The notes under the pieces were generated by a model. The model did no database searches and was not told the DNA's origin. It worked only from the letters and a program-made list of their open reading frames with translations. Made by a program: the position numbers and the translations under genes. Shown one piece after another: positions 49,132 to 58,567 of a stretch of DNA of 64,000 bases. Position 1 is the first letter of the stretch; each line of letters opens with the position of its first letter. Source of the stretch: Chloroflexota bacterium (GTDB lineage: Bacteria > Chloroflexota > Dehalococcoidia > Lucifugimonadales > JADFKI01); contig JAQBUT010000003.1 in the NCBI GenBank assembly GCA_027623195.1, positions 32,001 through 96,000 on the forward strand. The letters run 5' to 3'.

Positions 49132-50019
49132 ATGGCTGATATAGGATTTATAGGCCTGGGCATCATGGGGCGACCAATGGTCCGCAACCTGATGAAGGCC
49201 GGACACACCGTTACCGTATACGACATAGTCGGCACCGCCGTGGAGGAGATGGCCACTGACGGCGCGAAGGCCGCCTCGTCGTCCAAAGAGGTGGCTGAGA
49301 ATAACAGGGTGATCATCACGATGGTTCCCGATGGCCCCGACGCTGAGGTCGCAATTATGGGGCCGAACGGAGTACTGGAAGGCGCGGCATCTGGCTCCGT
49401 TGTTATCGATATGAGTTCCATTGCCCCCGCATCGTCACAGAGAATCGGCGCGGCGTGTGACGGCGCAGGGGTCGATTTCATGGACGCCCCCGTCAGCGGT
49501 GGCGAGCCTGGAGCGGTTGCCGGGACGCTGGCCATTATGGTGGGCGGCAAGAAGGATGTATACGACAGGTATATCGACACATTCGGCCCCCTAGGCAGCT
49601 CAACCTACTGCGGTGGTTACGGCGCGGGAAACACCACCAAGCTGGCCAACCAGATCATCGTGGCGCTGAACATCGCCGCAGTGAGCGAGGCGCTGGTACT
49701 ATCTCGCAAGGCTGGGCTGGACCCCGAGGTTGTATTCAATGCCATCAAGGGCGGTCTGGCTGGCAGCACAGTGCTAAACGCCAAGGCTCCCATGATGATC
49801 GCGGGCAACTTCAACCCTGGCTTCCGCATCAAGCTACACCAAAAGGACCTTAACAACGCGCTCCAGACGGCTCGAGAGCTGGGCGTGCCGCTGCCATTCA
49901 CGGCGATGGCGCAGCAGGTGATTGGGTCTCTGATGAACGAGGGCAAGGGCGAATTAGACCATTCGGCCATAGCAAACTTCATCGAGGACATGGCCCAGAC
50001 CAAAATCAACGGCCAGTAA
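49132..50019 (+). CDS. garR: 2-hydroxy-3-oxopropionate (tartronate semialdehyde) reductase
   Basis: IGFIGLGIMG.PM, IDMSSIAP, DAPVSGG, KLANQIIVALNIAA, GGLAGSTVL.AK, PGFRI.LH.KDL. Confidence 0.85.
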   Translation: MADIGFIGLGIMGRPMVRNLMKAGHTVTVYDIVGTAVEEMATDGAKAASSSKEVAENNRVIITMVPDGPDAEVAIMGPNGVLEGAASGSVVIDMSSIAPASSQRIGAACDGAGVDFMDAPVSGGEPGAVAGTLAIMVGGKKDVYDRYIDTFGPLGSSTYCGGYGAGNTTKLANQIIVALNIAAVSEALVLSRKAGLDPEVVFNAIKGGLAGSTVLNAKAPMMIAGNFNPGFRIKLHQKDLNNALQTARELGVPLPFTAMAQQVIGSLMNEGKGELDHSAIANFIEDMAQTKINGQ

Positions 50020-50071
50020 TTTTTATAAGGGTTGCAGTGGGGCGTAATTCCCTAAATCCGAATAGGTTATT

Positions 50072-50108
50072 AAGTCGGGGTGGTTGAAAGACTACCCCGA
50101 CTTTTTTT
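50072..50108 (+). terminator. intrinsic terminator
   Basis: AAGTCGGGGTGGT-loop-ACTACCCCGACTT followed by a T-run. Confidence 0.85.
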
Positions 50109-50266
50109 GGATACTGGCGAACTTCGGATTATTCCTAAAAAAAGCATAACCAAAGTCTAAGTAATACATAAGTAATACTATAAGACTTATGCTGATAAAC
50201 GGCATCGACCTCCATACTCCTTCTGTGGGGTTTCGATGCTCGGAATAAGCCTTCGGGGGTAGGTGA

Positions 50267-50710
50267 ATGGCGGATGATCTGTATCGGGATAGCGGCTTGA
50301 CCGTGGATTTTCGGGCCTGTCGTGTTTGGGTTGATGATGATGAGATTAGGACATCCGCCATTCGATTCCGTATGCTTACCCAACTGATTAAAAACGCTGG
50401 TCGTCCTCTGAATGCGCAGGAGATCATGCTCCACGCATGGGAAGGTGCGGACTACGATCAGGGTCTGGTGCGCTGGCACATCGCGAAGCTTCGCAAAGAG
50501 TTGGGGGACAATCCCCCCAAACGCATAGTGCACGTTCGGGGATTCGGATACCGGTACGACGTGCCTATGCCGGTTCCCTCTCCGGAACCTCAGCCCGAAA
50601 AGGCATTATTCCGTAGGCTGGCGGGCAAGCCGTCCCTGCGGTGCGACTCTAGCGGTTCAAGGCCCTCGCGAATTCAGGCGACTTCTCGCGCCTTGCGTTG
50701 CATGCGGTAA
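50267..50710 (+). CDS. stand-alone OmpR/PhoB-type winged-helix DNA-binding protein (no receiver domain)
   Basis: L.VDF...V.V...I......F.ML..L..NAGR...W......V.WHIAKLRKELGD...IVHVRGFGYRY. Confidence 0.85.
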   Translation: MADDLYRDSGLTVDFRACRVWVDDDEIRTSAIRFRMLTQLIKNAGRPLNAQEIMLHAWEGADYDQGLVRWHIAKLRKELGDNPPKRIVHVRGFGYRYDVPMPVPSPEPQPEKALFRRLAGKPSLRCDSSGSRPSRIQATSRALRCMR

Positions 50711-50826
50711 ATTGGTTTCAACTCAAGCAAATAACCTCTAGCCATCATCGCATCCGTACCCATAAACATCGGGCCCTGGGCTACCTCATACCAGCGGGTG
50801 TTAGCCTTCCTTCCACCTATTGTCAT
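50674..50826 (-). CDS. putative small protein (50 aa)
   Basis: TAAGGAG RBS 6 nt before the ATG; MTIGGRKANTRWYEVAQG... Confidence 0.45.
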   Translation of the reverse strand: MTIGGRKANTRWYEVAQGPMFMGTDAMMARGYLLELKPIYRMQRKAREVA

Positions 50827-50938
50827 ACGGCTCTCCTTAATGTACATTAGCAGCACATTTCGCCCATCGTTACCTGCTGCGCTTCCGTATAGGTAAGCGA
50901 TACGCCGTACCCGCTAAAGTAACAAACAGGAGGATGCA

Positions 50939-53278
50939 ATGACCACAACCTCGTCTCCGGCATTTGGAGCTAGTATCAAGCGACGGGAAGACCCACGACT
51001 GATTACCGGTCGAGGGACGTTTGTCGATGATGTGAAGCTGGTGGGCATGCTCTACATGTCCCTGGTGCGGTGTCCCTATGCCCACGCAAACATCAAGAGC
51101 ATAGACTCCTCCGCGGCCAAGGCAATGAAGGGCGTCGTAGCCGTTTATACCGGCGAAGAGCTTGCAGAACGATTGGGTTCGTTGCCCTGCGGTTGGGTTG
51201 TGCCTGACACTAAAGAGGTTCCCCATCCCCCGCTGGCCATAGGCAAGGTGCGGTGTGTCGGAGAGGCGGTCGTGGCCGTCATCGCCAGCGATCCCACCAT
51301 TGCTGCAGACGCCGCTGCGCTGGTGGATGTCGATTACGAAGAGCTTTCCGCCGTTGTGAACTCGGAATTGGCCGTGCAGAGTGGTCAGCCACAGATTCAC
51401 GATGACGCACCCAGTAACGTCTGTTTCGAGTGGGAAGTCGCGGGCGGGGACGTGACTCAGGCCGAGGCCGAGGTCACAATAAACCAACGATTCGTTAACC
51501 AACGCCTCATACCAAACTCTATGGAGGGTAGGGCGGTTATCGCCGACTTCAACCCCGGTACCAACCAGGTCACCATGTGGACCTCGTCGCAGATACCCCA
51601 CCTGGTTAAGCTGCTGCTGGCTCTCGTGACGGGCCACCCCGAGCACAATATTCACGTGATTACCCCAGATGTCGGCGGCGGGTTTGGCTGCAAGCTATAC
51701 CTGTACGCCGAGGAGTTGATCGCCTTCGCCATAGCCAAGGACCTTGCCAAGCCCATCAAGTGGACCGAGCAGCGCCAGGAGAACTACATGGCCACCACGC
51801 ACGGTCGTGACCACATCGGCGATTGGCAGATCACCGGCAAGCGCGACGGCACTATCACTAGCGTTCAGGGTGACGTATTCGCCAATATGGGTGCTTACCT
51901 ATCGACGTTCGCGCCGGCCATACCGACTTTGCTTTTCGGACTTATGCTTTCAGGGCCATACGATATAGCCAATATCCGATGCAAGGTGACGGGCGTTTTC
52001 ACAAACACTACGCCGGTGGACGCCTACAGAGGCGCTGGCCGACCGGAAGCCACCTACGTGGTCGAACGTCTGGTGGACATGTTCGCCAAGGAAATTGGCA
52101 TGGACCCGGCAGAGGTCCGTCGCAAAAACCTGATCGCGCCATTCGAGGATGGCCATGACGTGGCCACGGGTGTGACGTACGACAGTGGGAACTACCAGGG
52201 CGCTATGGATAGGGCTCTGGAGATGATTGATTACCAGGGCTTCAGGCAGGAGCAAGAGCAGGCTCGTCAGCAGGGCCGTTACCTGGGTATAGGTATTTCG
52301 TCTTTCATCGAGATTTGCGGCATGGCGCCGTCCGCTGTGGCGTATGCATTGGGCGCCAGGGCTGGCACTTGGGAAAGCGCCACCGTCCGCGTATACCACA
52401 CAGGTAAAGTAACGGTGTTCAGCGGCTCCGCTAGCACAGGCCAGGGCCACCAGACGGCGTTTGCGCAGTTGGCGGCAGCGGAGTTGGGAATCCCTATGGA
52501 AGATGTGGATGTCATAGAAAGCGATACCGACAAGGTACAGCAGGGTACTGGTACATTTGGAAGTCGCAGCGCCGCCGTGGGTGGCTCCGCCATTCATATG
52601 AGCGTGGACAAAGTGAAAGACAAGGCCAAGAAGATCGCCGCCCACATGCTGGAGGCGTCTCCTGACGACATGGTGTACGAGGACGGCAAGCTCTTCGTTG
52701 CTGGCTCACCCGCCCAGGCCAAAACTTTCCAGGAGGTGGCGCTGGCCGCTTACTGGTACGAGGGCTTCCCTGATGATCTGGAGCCTGGCTTGGAGGCCAC
52801 CAGCGTATTCGACCCGAAGAACTTCACATGGCCTTTCGGAACCCACATCTGCATTGTAGAAGTGGACGGCCAGACGGGCGAGGCCAAGGTCTTGCGCTAC
52901 GTTGCTGTCGACGACTACGGTAACGTCATCAACCCGATGATCGTGGACGGCATGGTCCACGGAGGTGTTGCCCAAGGCATCGGCCAGGCCCTGATGGAAG
53001 AGGCGATCTACTCGGACGACGGCCAGTTGGTCACGGGCAGTATGCTGGATTACGCCATACCCAAAGCGGAGGACCTGCCCTTCTTCGAGACCGAACGAAC
53101 GACTACTCCGTCACCCGCCAACCCTCTTGGAATCAAGGGCGCTGGCGAGGCTGGCACCATCGCGGCGTCACCCGCTGTCATAAACGCTGTGGTGGACGCA
53201 CTGTCTCCCTTCGGCGTGACTCACGTCGACATGCCCGCCAAGCCCGAAAAGCTTTGGAAGCTAATGCAGGGCTCTTAA
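50939..53278 (+). CDS. xanthine oxidase-family molybdopterin large subunit (CoxL form II-like)
   Basis: RREDPRLITGRG, DVGGGFG.K, AYRGAGRPEA, GQGH.T, GTFGSRS, HGGVAQGIGQAL, KGAGEAG. Confidence 0.93.
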   Translation: MTTTSSPAFGASIKRREDPRLITGRGTFVDDVKLVGMLYMSLVRCPYAHANIKSIDSSAAKAMKGVVAVYTGEELAERLGSLPCGWVVPDTKEVPHPPLAIGKVRCVGEAVVAVIASDPTIAADAAALVDVDYEELSAVVNSELAVQSGQPQIHDDAPSNVCFEWEVAGGDVTQAEAEVTINQRFVNQRLIPNSMEGRAVIADFNPGTNQVTMWTSSQIPHLVKLLLALVTGHPEHNIHVITPDVGGGFGCKLYLYAEELIAFAIAKDLAKPIKWTEQRQENYMATTHGRDHIGDWQITGKRDGTITSVQGDVFANMGAYLSTFAPAIPTLLFGLMLSGPYDIANIRCKVTGVFTNTTPVDAYRGAGRPEATYVVERLVDMFAKEIGMDPAEVRRKNLIAPFEDGHDVATGVTYDSGNYQGAMDRALEMIDYQGFRQEQEQARQQGRYLGIGISSFIEICGMAPSAVAYALGARAGTWESATVRVYHTGKVTVFSGSASTGQGHQTAFAQLAAAELGIPMEDVDVIESDTDKVQQGTGTFGSRSAAVGGSAIHMSVDKVKDKAKKIAAHMLEASPDDMVYEDGKLFVAGSPAQAKTFQEVALAAYWYEGFPDDLEPGLEATSVFDPKNFTWPFGTHICIVEVDGQTGEAKVLRYVAVDDYGNVINPMIVDGMVHGGVAQGIGQALMEEAIYSDDGQLVTGSMLDYAIPKAEDLPFFETERTTTPSPANPLGIKGAGEAGTIAASPAVINAVVDALSPFGVTHVDMPAKPEKLWKLMQGS

Positions 53279-53351
53279 TAGGAAGCGGACAAGGTTCGTC
53301 TATAAAACAATGGACTGCTAGAGTAATAAGCGTTCGAAGGAGTATTCAAAT

Positions 53352-53648
53352 ATGCCGCACTACATAACGCTCATTAACTGGACTGATCAGGGTGTACAAA
53401 ACGCCAAGAGCGCGCCTCAGAGGTTCGCAGCCGCGAGACAGGCCGTGGAGGCAGCGGGTGGCAAGTTACACAGCATCTACCTCACTATGGGTGAGTACGA
53501 CCTTGTTGCCATTAGCGAGGCTCCTAATGACGAGGCATACGCCAGCCTGATGCTGGCCCTTGGCTCTCAGGGCAACATCCGCACAAAAAGCATGAGGGCT
53601 TTTGCCGAGAACGAACTGGGGAGTATCCTTGGCAACATACCTGGGTAG
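53352..53648 (+). CDS. GYD domain protein
   Basis: Y..L.NWTDQG...GGK....YLTMGEYD.V.I.EAP...G.IRT..MRAF. Confidence 0.88.
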   Translation: MPHYITLINWTDQGVQNAKSAPQRFAAARQAVEAAGGKLHSIYLTMGEYDLVAISEAPNDEAYASLMLALGSQGNIRTKSMRAFAENELGSILGNIPG

Positions 53649-53742
53649 CCTACCAGATGGTAAAATAGCCCTGATAACCCTTTGATTGATATAGAAAATT
53701 GCAATTGCCCCGCGTAAGCGGGGCTTTGCATATGAGGCGCAA

Positions 53743-54639
53743 TTGGCAGACGAAATCCAGTTGGAAGACCCTATAAAAGACATTCTGGACAGGCTGGCTG
53801 CCGAGGGCTACATTGCAGACCCGGCGATCGCCACCTCCATCTACATGGCGCAGATGCTGGAGCGGCCCCTGCTGGTGGAAGGCCGACCTGGCGTGGGCAA
53901 GACGGAGATAGCCAACGTTATGGCTCGGCTACTAGACACCAGGCTCATTCGCTTGCAGTGCTATGAAGGGCTCGACGTGACCACCGCGCTGTACGAGTGG
54001 AACTACCCCAAACAGATGCTGTGGATCAAGCTGGACGAGGAGAGCGGTCGCACCACTAAGGAGCGTGAGCAGCAGATTTTCTCACAAGAGTTCCTGCTGG
54101 AGCGTCCCCTGCTGGCGGCCCTGACTGAGAAGGAAAAGGCTCCTGTCCTGCTCATCGATGAGGTGGACCGCGCCGACGAGGAGTTCGAGGCGTTCTTGCT
54201 GGAGGTGCTGTCCGACTTCCAGGTGACGGTGCCGGAGATAGGCACCATCAAGGCCAAGCACAAGCCCCTGGTCATCCTCACGTCCAACCGCACTCGCGAC
54301 CTGTCCGACGCGCTGCGACGGCGTTGCCTCTACCTGTGGATCGACTTCCCCGACCTGGACAAGGAGCTGCGTATTGTGCGCTCCAAGGTACAGGGCATCG
54401 AGGAAAAGCTCGCCCGTCAAGTGGTGCGCTTCGTGGACAGCTCTCGCCACGTCGGCCTGGACAAGGTGCCGGGCATTTCGGAGACGCTGGATTGGGCCAA
54501 GGCCATGGTAGTACTGCACATGGACCACCTGGACCACGACTCGGTGGAACGGACTCTGGGCGCGCTGGTCAAGGACGCCGACGACCTGGAGAAGTTCCGC
54601 AACGAGACCATAGACGAGATCCTCAGCAAGATTTCCTAG
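53743..54639 (+). CDS. MoxR-family AAA+ ATPase, CoxD-like
   Basis: PLLVEGRPGVGKTE, RLQCYEGLD, YEWNY.KQ, LLIDEVDRADEEFEAFLLE.LS, LTSNRTR.LSDALRRRC, PGISETLDW. Confidence 0.92.
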   Translation: MADEIQLEDPIKDILDRLAAEGYIADPAIATSIYMAQMLERPLLVEGRPGVGKTEIANVMARLLDTRLIRLQCYEGLDVTTALYEWNYPKQMLWIKLDEESGRTTKEREQQIFSQEFLLERPLLAALTEKEKAPVLLIDEVDRADEEFEAFLLEVLSDFQVTVPEIGTIKAKHKPLVILTSNRTRDLSDALRRRCLYLWIDFPDLDKELRIVRSKVQGIEEKLARQVVRFVDSSRHVGLDKVPGISETLDWAKAMVVLHMDHLDHDSVERTLGALVKDADDLEKFRNETIDEILSKIS

Positions 54640-54757
54640 CCTGGTGAAGCGGTAGAATTACCAGGTGATGTCGCCTACAATGACCTCGCGGCCGGTTATA
54701 GACTTGTGAGTCGCGGGAAGTGTCATAATCATTGCGCTATAGCGAGGGACAAGACCG

Positions 54758-55492
54758 ATGCAGGATGTCGTCGAGAGACTTCTCAGCAATATTGAGCGGT
54801 TTATGAGGTGGGTATATCCAGGCCTACTGCTGCTTGTCCTTCTTCATTTTGGAGGCCGAGTGGAACTGGAGACAATTCTTGGTGTGGAGCGGCAATCGGC
54901 AGCAGTTCAAATATTCGCGTTGGCTGTCATTGCCTTTGTGTCCAGTTTCATCATCTATTCCCTACACCGTTATGTGGTCCAGGAGTTTATTGAATATGTG
55001 ATGTTCTGGTTTAAGCGTGGACCTGTGGCAGCGGGTGCGTGTAAACGTGGGCAATTGCCTCCGACTTGGCGGCGAATCATTGTAATCTGGGATTTCTGGT
55101 TGTGGAACAGTCAATTTCAGCGTCGAAAGTTTGGCATACTGCGGGTTAACGAGGTTGAACGTAAATTCACAGATTTTCTCATGTATAACTGGGCTTTGAC
55201 CCACGCTATGGGTGTGACAGCCTGGATGATTCCGTTAGTGTACTGTCGGTCATCTCCCGGCTCTGACTTGAGCAAATGGGGTGGGGAGGTACTCGCCCTC
55301 ACGATTCTCTTTGCATTAGCTTGGGTATGGCAAGTTGGCAACAATACGGCCGCTGACACGGGGCTTGGACAAGGTGCCGGGCATATCGGAGACGCTGGAC
55401 TGGGCCAAGGCCATGGTAGTACTGCACATGGACCATCTTGCCCATGTCACTTACAATGGCGTTGTAGGTATTCCGAGACGTTCGATTTGTGA
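54758..55492 (+). CDS. hypothetical membrane protein, probably chimeric at the C-terminus
   Basis: Several hydrophobic helices, AT-richer than the flanks; last ~45 codons read through and past the duplicated coxD fragment out of frame. Confidence 0.55.
   Translation: MQDVVERLLSNIERFMRWVYPGLLLLVLLHFGGRVELETILGVERQSAAVQIFALAVIAFVSSFIIYSLHRYVVQEFIEYVMFWFKRGPVAAGACKRGQLPPTWRRIIVIWDFWLWNSQFQRRKFGILRVNEVERKFTDFLMYNWALTHAMGVTAWMIPLVYCRSSPGSDLSKWGGEVLALTILFALAWVWQVGNNTAADTGLGQGAGHIGDAGLGQGHGSTAHGPSCPCHLQWRCRYSETFDL
55362..55438 (+). repeat. 77 bp direct repeat of a coxD-internal segment (54454-54530)
   Basis: 73/77 identical by manual alignment. Confidence 0.95.
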
Positions 55493-55502
55493 GAAATATT
55501 TT

Positions 55503-55746
55503 ATGCCAACGGTTTCGGGTAATAGTGGACCTTATCGTTTTTTCTTTTATAGCTTCGATTGTATTGAACCTCCACATGTGCACGTGCGCAGGGACAAAAT
55601 GACCTGCAAATTTTGGCTTGCATAGAATTCACTGGGGAGTAACTCTGGATTTTCTCCAAGAGAGTTGAATCGTATTAGAGGTTTAGTACGGGATAATCAC
55701 GAAAGAATTACGTAGGCATGCGGATGAACATTGCGGGTACCGGTGA
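55503..55746 (+). pseudogene. DUF4160-family gene, disrupted
   Basis: MPTV...GPYRFFFYSFD..EPPHVHV.R....CKFWL; TAG at 55623 and 55713, and an apparent +1 frameshift near 55720 before DEHCG. Confidence 0.8.
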
Positions 55747-55999
55747 ACCCAAGATTACCTCTATCGAAGTCTCCGATGAGTTAATTACTACTCATCTGGT
55801 GGATGGTCGCATGATTAGCGTGCCATTAGCATGGTCCTGGAGATTGTCGGACGCCACCCCGGAGCAGCGGGATAATGTTGAGATCATCGGCTCTGGAGAG
55901 GGCTTGCATTGGCCTGATATCGATGAAGATATAAGTGCTACTGGAATGCTTTACGGCGAGCCAGCTCACCCTCCGAAGGAAAAAGCTACGCAATGCTAA
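55724..55999 (+). CDS. DUF2442 family protein
   Basis: V....I...L.DGR.ISVPLAWS.RL..ATPEQR.N....G.G.GLHWPDIDEDIS. Confidence 0.9.
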   Translation: MNIAGTGEPKITSIEVSDELITTHLVDGRMISVPLAWSWRLSDATPEQRDNVEIIGSGEGLHWPDIDEDISATGMLYGEPAHPPKEKATQC

Positions 56000-56093
56000 C
56001 GTTGCTCCAGAGGTTGGAGTTAATTTCCTAGTCCATCACCTTATGCTGTACTATTGCCTCCGTTATTGAATTCCCCAACTCGGAGGTCACCCC

Positions 56094-57758
56094 ATGCCCC
56101 GAATGACAGGTAAGAAGGCCCTTATGGAAATGCTGCGGGCTGAGGGCGTCGAGTACATCTTCGGCAATCCCGGCACCAGCGAAGGGCCTATTCTCGACGA
56201 ACTGGAGAACTACCCCGACCTCAAATACATGCTAGCCACACAAGAGGGCGCAGCTATGGGCATGGCCGACGCGTACGCCCGTTCCCGTAACGCCCCGGCC
56301 TTCGTGAACCTGCATATCGAGACCGGCTTGGCCAATGGCATAAGCCTGCTGGCCAACGCCGCCGAAGGCAACACCCCGCTGGTCCTGACCTCCGCCAACA
56401 AGGACATCCGCAAGCTTGTAGAGGGTCGCCCAGACCTTACTGAAATGGTGAGCCAGTTCTGCAAGTGGAGCGCCGAGGTCACTCACCCCGAGCAGGTGCC
56501 TGGTGTCATGCGGCGCGCATTCAACGAAGCCAAGACGCCGCCCATGGGGCCGACTTACGTCGCTTTCTCGGCAAACGCCCTGGACGACGAGGGCGAGATG
56601 GACATTGTGCCTTCGTCGAAAAGTTACTCGCGCACCGGGCCAGACAGCAGAGCCGTGGAGGATGCCTCGGCCATATTCGCGGATGCGTTAAACCCCGTTA
56701 TGATAGTCGGCGACAGGGTCGGGCAGTCCGGTGGCAGCGCGGAGGCCGTGCGCGTGGCCGAGCTTCTAGGGGCCAGGGTCTACGCCACGAACTTCTCGCA
56801 GGTCAACTTCCCCACTAGCCATCCGCAGTTCATGGGTATGCTAAACCCGACCATGCCTGCAGGGCGGAAGGTGTTGGAGTCTGCGGACGCCGTGCTGGCC
56901 GTGGGCACCGACGTATTTTCAGGCCTCTTTCACTTCTCCGGACGAGCTCTTGATCCAGACGCCAGGCTGGTGCACATAGATTGTGATGCGAGTGAAATCG
57001 GCAAGAGTGAGCCTACGGACATTGGCATTCTGGCCGATCCCAAGGTGGCCCTGGCGGAGCTAGCCGCTGCTCTGGAATCGTCCATGTCGGGTTCTGCACA
57101 GGAGGCTGCCAAGGGTCGCGCAGCCACCGTAGCGCAGGAAAAAGCCGCGCAAAAACAGGCGTGGCAGAGCCGTGTGCAGGACCGCTGGAATATGGAGACC
57201 ATGTCTGCCGAGCGCATGATGGCGGAGCTAGCCGCTGCGTTGCCAAGCGACGCTATCATCGTTGACGACGCCGTGACCACGCGCGCCGCCATATTCGGCG
57301 CCATGGACTTTGACGAACCAGGGAGCATCCTTGGCATCACAGGGGGCGCGTTGGGGTGGGGAATGGGCGGCACGCTGGGAGCCAAGCTGGCTAACCCGAA
57401 CAGGTCTGTGGTTGGCATTGTCGGCGACGGCAGCGCCATGATGACCGTGCAGGCGTTGTGGACAGCCGCTAACGCCGACATTCCTGTGGTCTACGTAGTC
57501 TGCAACAACCAGGCTTATCGAGTGCTCAAGCTCAACATGAACATATATAAAGAGCAGGTGCTTCAGGAAGAGAATCCGCAAAGCCAGTACATCGCCATGG
57601 ACTTCCCCACGCCGTTTAATCTTGCAGGAATGGCGGAGGCTATGGGCGTCTACGGCAAAAAAATCACCGACCCGATAGAGATTGGCCCCGCCCTAAAAGC
57701 TGCGCTGGCCTCCGGGAAGCCAGCATTGCTCGATATTTCGATAGACGGATCGCTGTAG
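56094..57758 (+). CDS. thiamine pyrophosphate-dependent enzyme (benzoylformate decarboxylase-like)
   Basis: IFGNPGTSE, QEG.A.GMAD.YA, VNLH, GGALGWG, TPP motif GDGS...NN. Confidence 0.9.
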   Translation: MPRMTGKKALMEMLRAEGVEYIFGNPGTSEGPILDELENYPDLKYMLATQEGAAMGMADAYARSRNAPAFVNLHIETGLANGISLLANAAEGNTPLVLTSANKDIRKLVEGRPDLTEMVSQFCKWSAEVTHPEQVPGVMRRAFNEAKTPPMGPTYVAFSANALDDEGEMDIVPSSKSYSRTGPDSRAVEDASAIFADALNPVMIVGDRVGQSGGSAEAVRVAELLGARVYATNFSQVNFPTSHPQFMGMLNPTMPAGRKVLESADAVLAVGTDVFSGLFHFSGRALDPDARLVHIDCDASEIGKSEPTDIGILADPKVALAELAAALESSMSGSAQEAAKGRAATVAQEKAAQKQAWQSRVQDRWNMETMSAERMMAELAAALPSDAIIVDDAVTTRAAIFGAMDFDEPGSILGITGGALGWGMGGTLGAKLANPNRSVVGIVGDGSAMMTVQALWTAANADIPVVYVVCNNQAYRVLKLNMNIYKEQVLQEENPQSQYIAMDFPTPFNLAGMAEAMGVYGKKITDPIEIGPALKAALASGKPALLDISIDGSL

Positions 57759-57852
57759 GCTGTAGGACGCATCTAGCAGCGATACTCATCGTGTGAATTG
57801 GCATGGTCTCCGGGCTGCCGGTGCGATAAACATTGCGCTTAAAATGTAAGAA

Positions 57853-57877
57853 TAGGGCGGCCTTGCGACCGCCCCTA
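57853..57877. terminator. hairpin between convergent genes
   Basis: GGGCGG / CCGCCC stem. Confidence 0.5.
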
Positions 57878-57895
57878 CATTCGTTGATTTGGGAT

Positions 57896-58456
57896 CTAGG
57901 GCTTGCGGCCCAGCATGCCTAGCATCTTGTCCTGGATGCTGGCGCTGTCGGGCACGCTAACCGCGGCTCCGAAGGCTCCGCCCTGGCGCATGCCATCCAT
58001 CATCGGCGCCATGCCCTGGTAGATCATGCCGGCGAAGTCGCCGTTAAGACTGGTGTCTTGCCCGGTGGCCTTGGCCAGGTCCCACCCGTGAACGAAGGTG
58101 TCCATGAACGCGCCGAACATGAACTCACCGCCGGCCATTTCGCCAAAAGGTGTGTTGTACTTCTTCTCCATTGCCCCGGGGTTCCCGGCCTCGGATATGA
58201 CCTTCTTGGTCAGAGTATCGTATGAGTCGGCCGGACTGCCTCCACCAGACGGCGGCTGAGGCTCTTCCCCGGCCAGAGACGCGCCGAAGAACGCTGCACC
58301 ACCGACGAGGTGTTCTACCAGAGCCCCAACGTTCCATTCGCTGCAAGGTGTGGAAGCGCTCATCTGGTCGGGCCTAATGCTGGCAATGATGCCGCGGGTT
58401 GTTTCGGCCGCAGCTTGGTAAAGTTCTATGGGATTGGGCATTGCTTGTTCAGTCAC
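57896..58456 (-). CDS. TIGR03086-like DinB-superfamily metal-binding protein
   Basis: TPCSEWNV..LVEH, D.FVHGWDLAKATGQ, FG..V.VP..A..QD..L..LGR.P. Confidence 0.88.
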   Translation of the reverse strand: MTEQAMPNPIELYQAAAETTRGIIASIRPDQMSASTPCSEWNVGALVEHLVGGAAFFGASLAGEEPQPPSGGGSPADSYDTLTKKVISEAGNPGAMEKKYNTPFGEMAGGEFMFGAFMDTFVHGWDLAKATGQDTSLNGDFAGMIYQGMAPMMDGMRQGGAFGAAVSVPDSASIQDKMLGMLGRKP

Positions 58457-58567
58457 GGTCTTCTCCTTTTGGGTGCTATATTTGCTTTATGTTGATTGAA
58501 ACTGGCCCTTTACCGTAGCTCAGATTATTAACTTCACGGCTAGTGGCCAGACTTCGGAGAAAGGCTT

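Noticed and set aside
48069..49580. 503 aa minus-strand ORF
   Set aside because: The N-terminal half is largely the antisense shadow of garR; the real methyltransferase starts at 48881 with its own RBS.
50939..53278. Aerobic CO dehydrogenase (form I coxL)
   Set aside because: The motif is AYRGAGR, not AYxCSFR, and there is no adjacent coxM/coxS.
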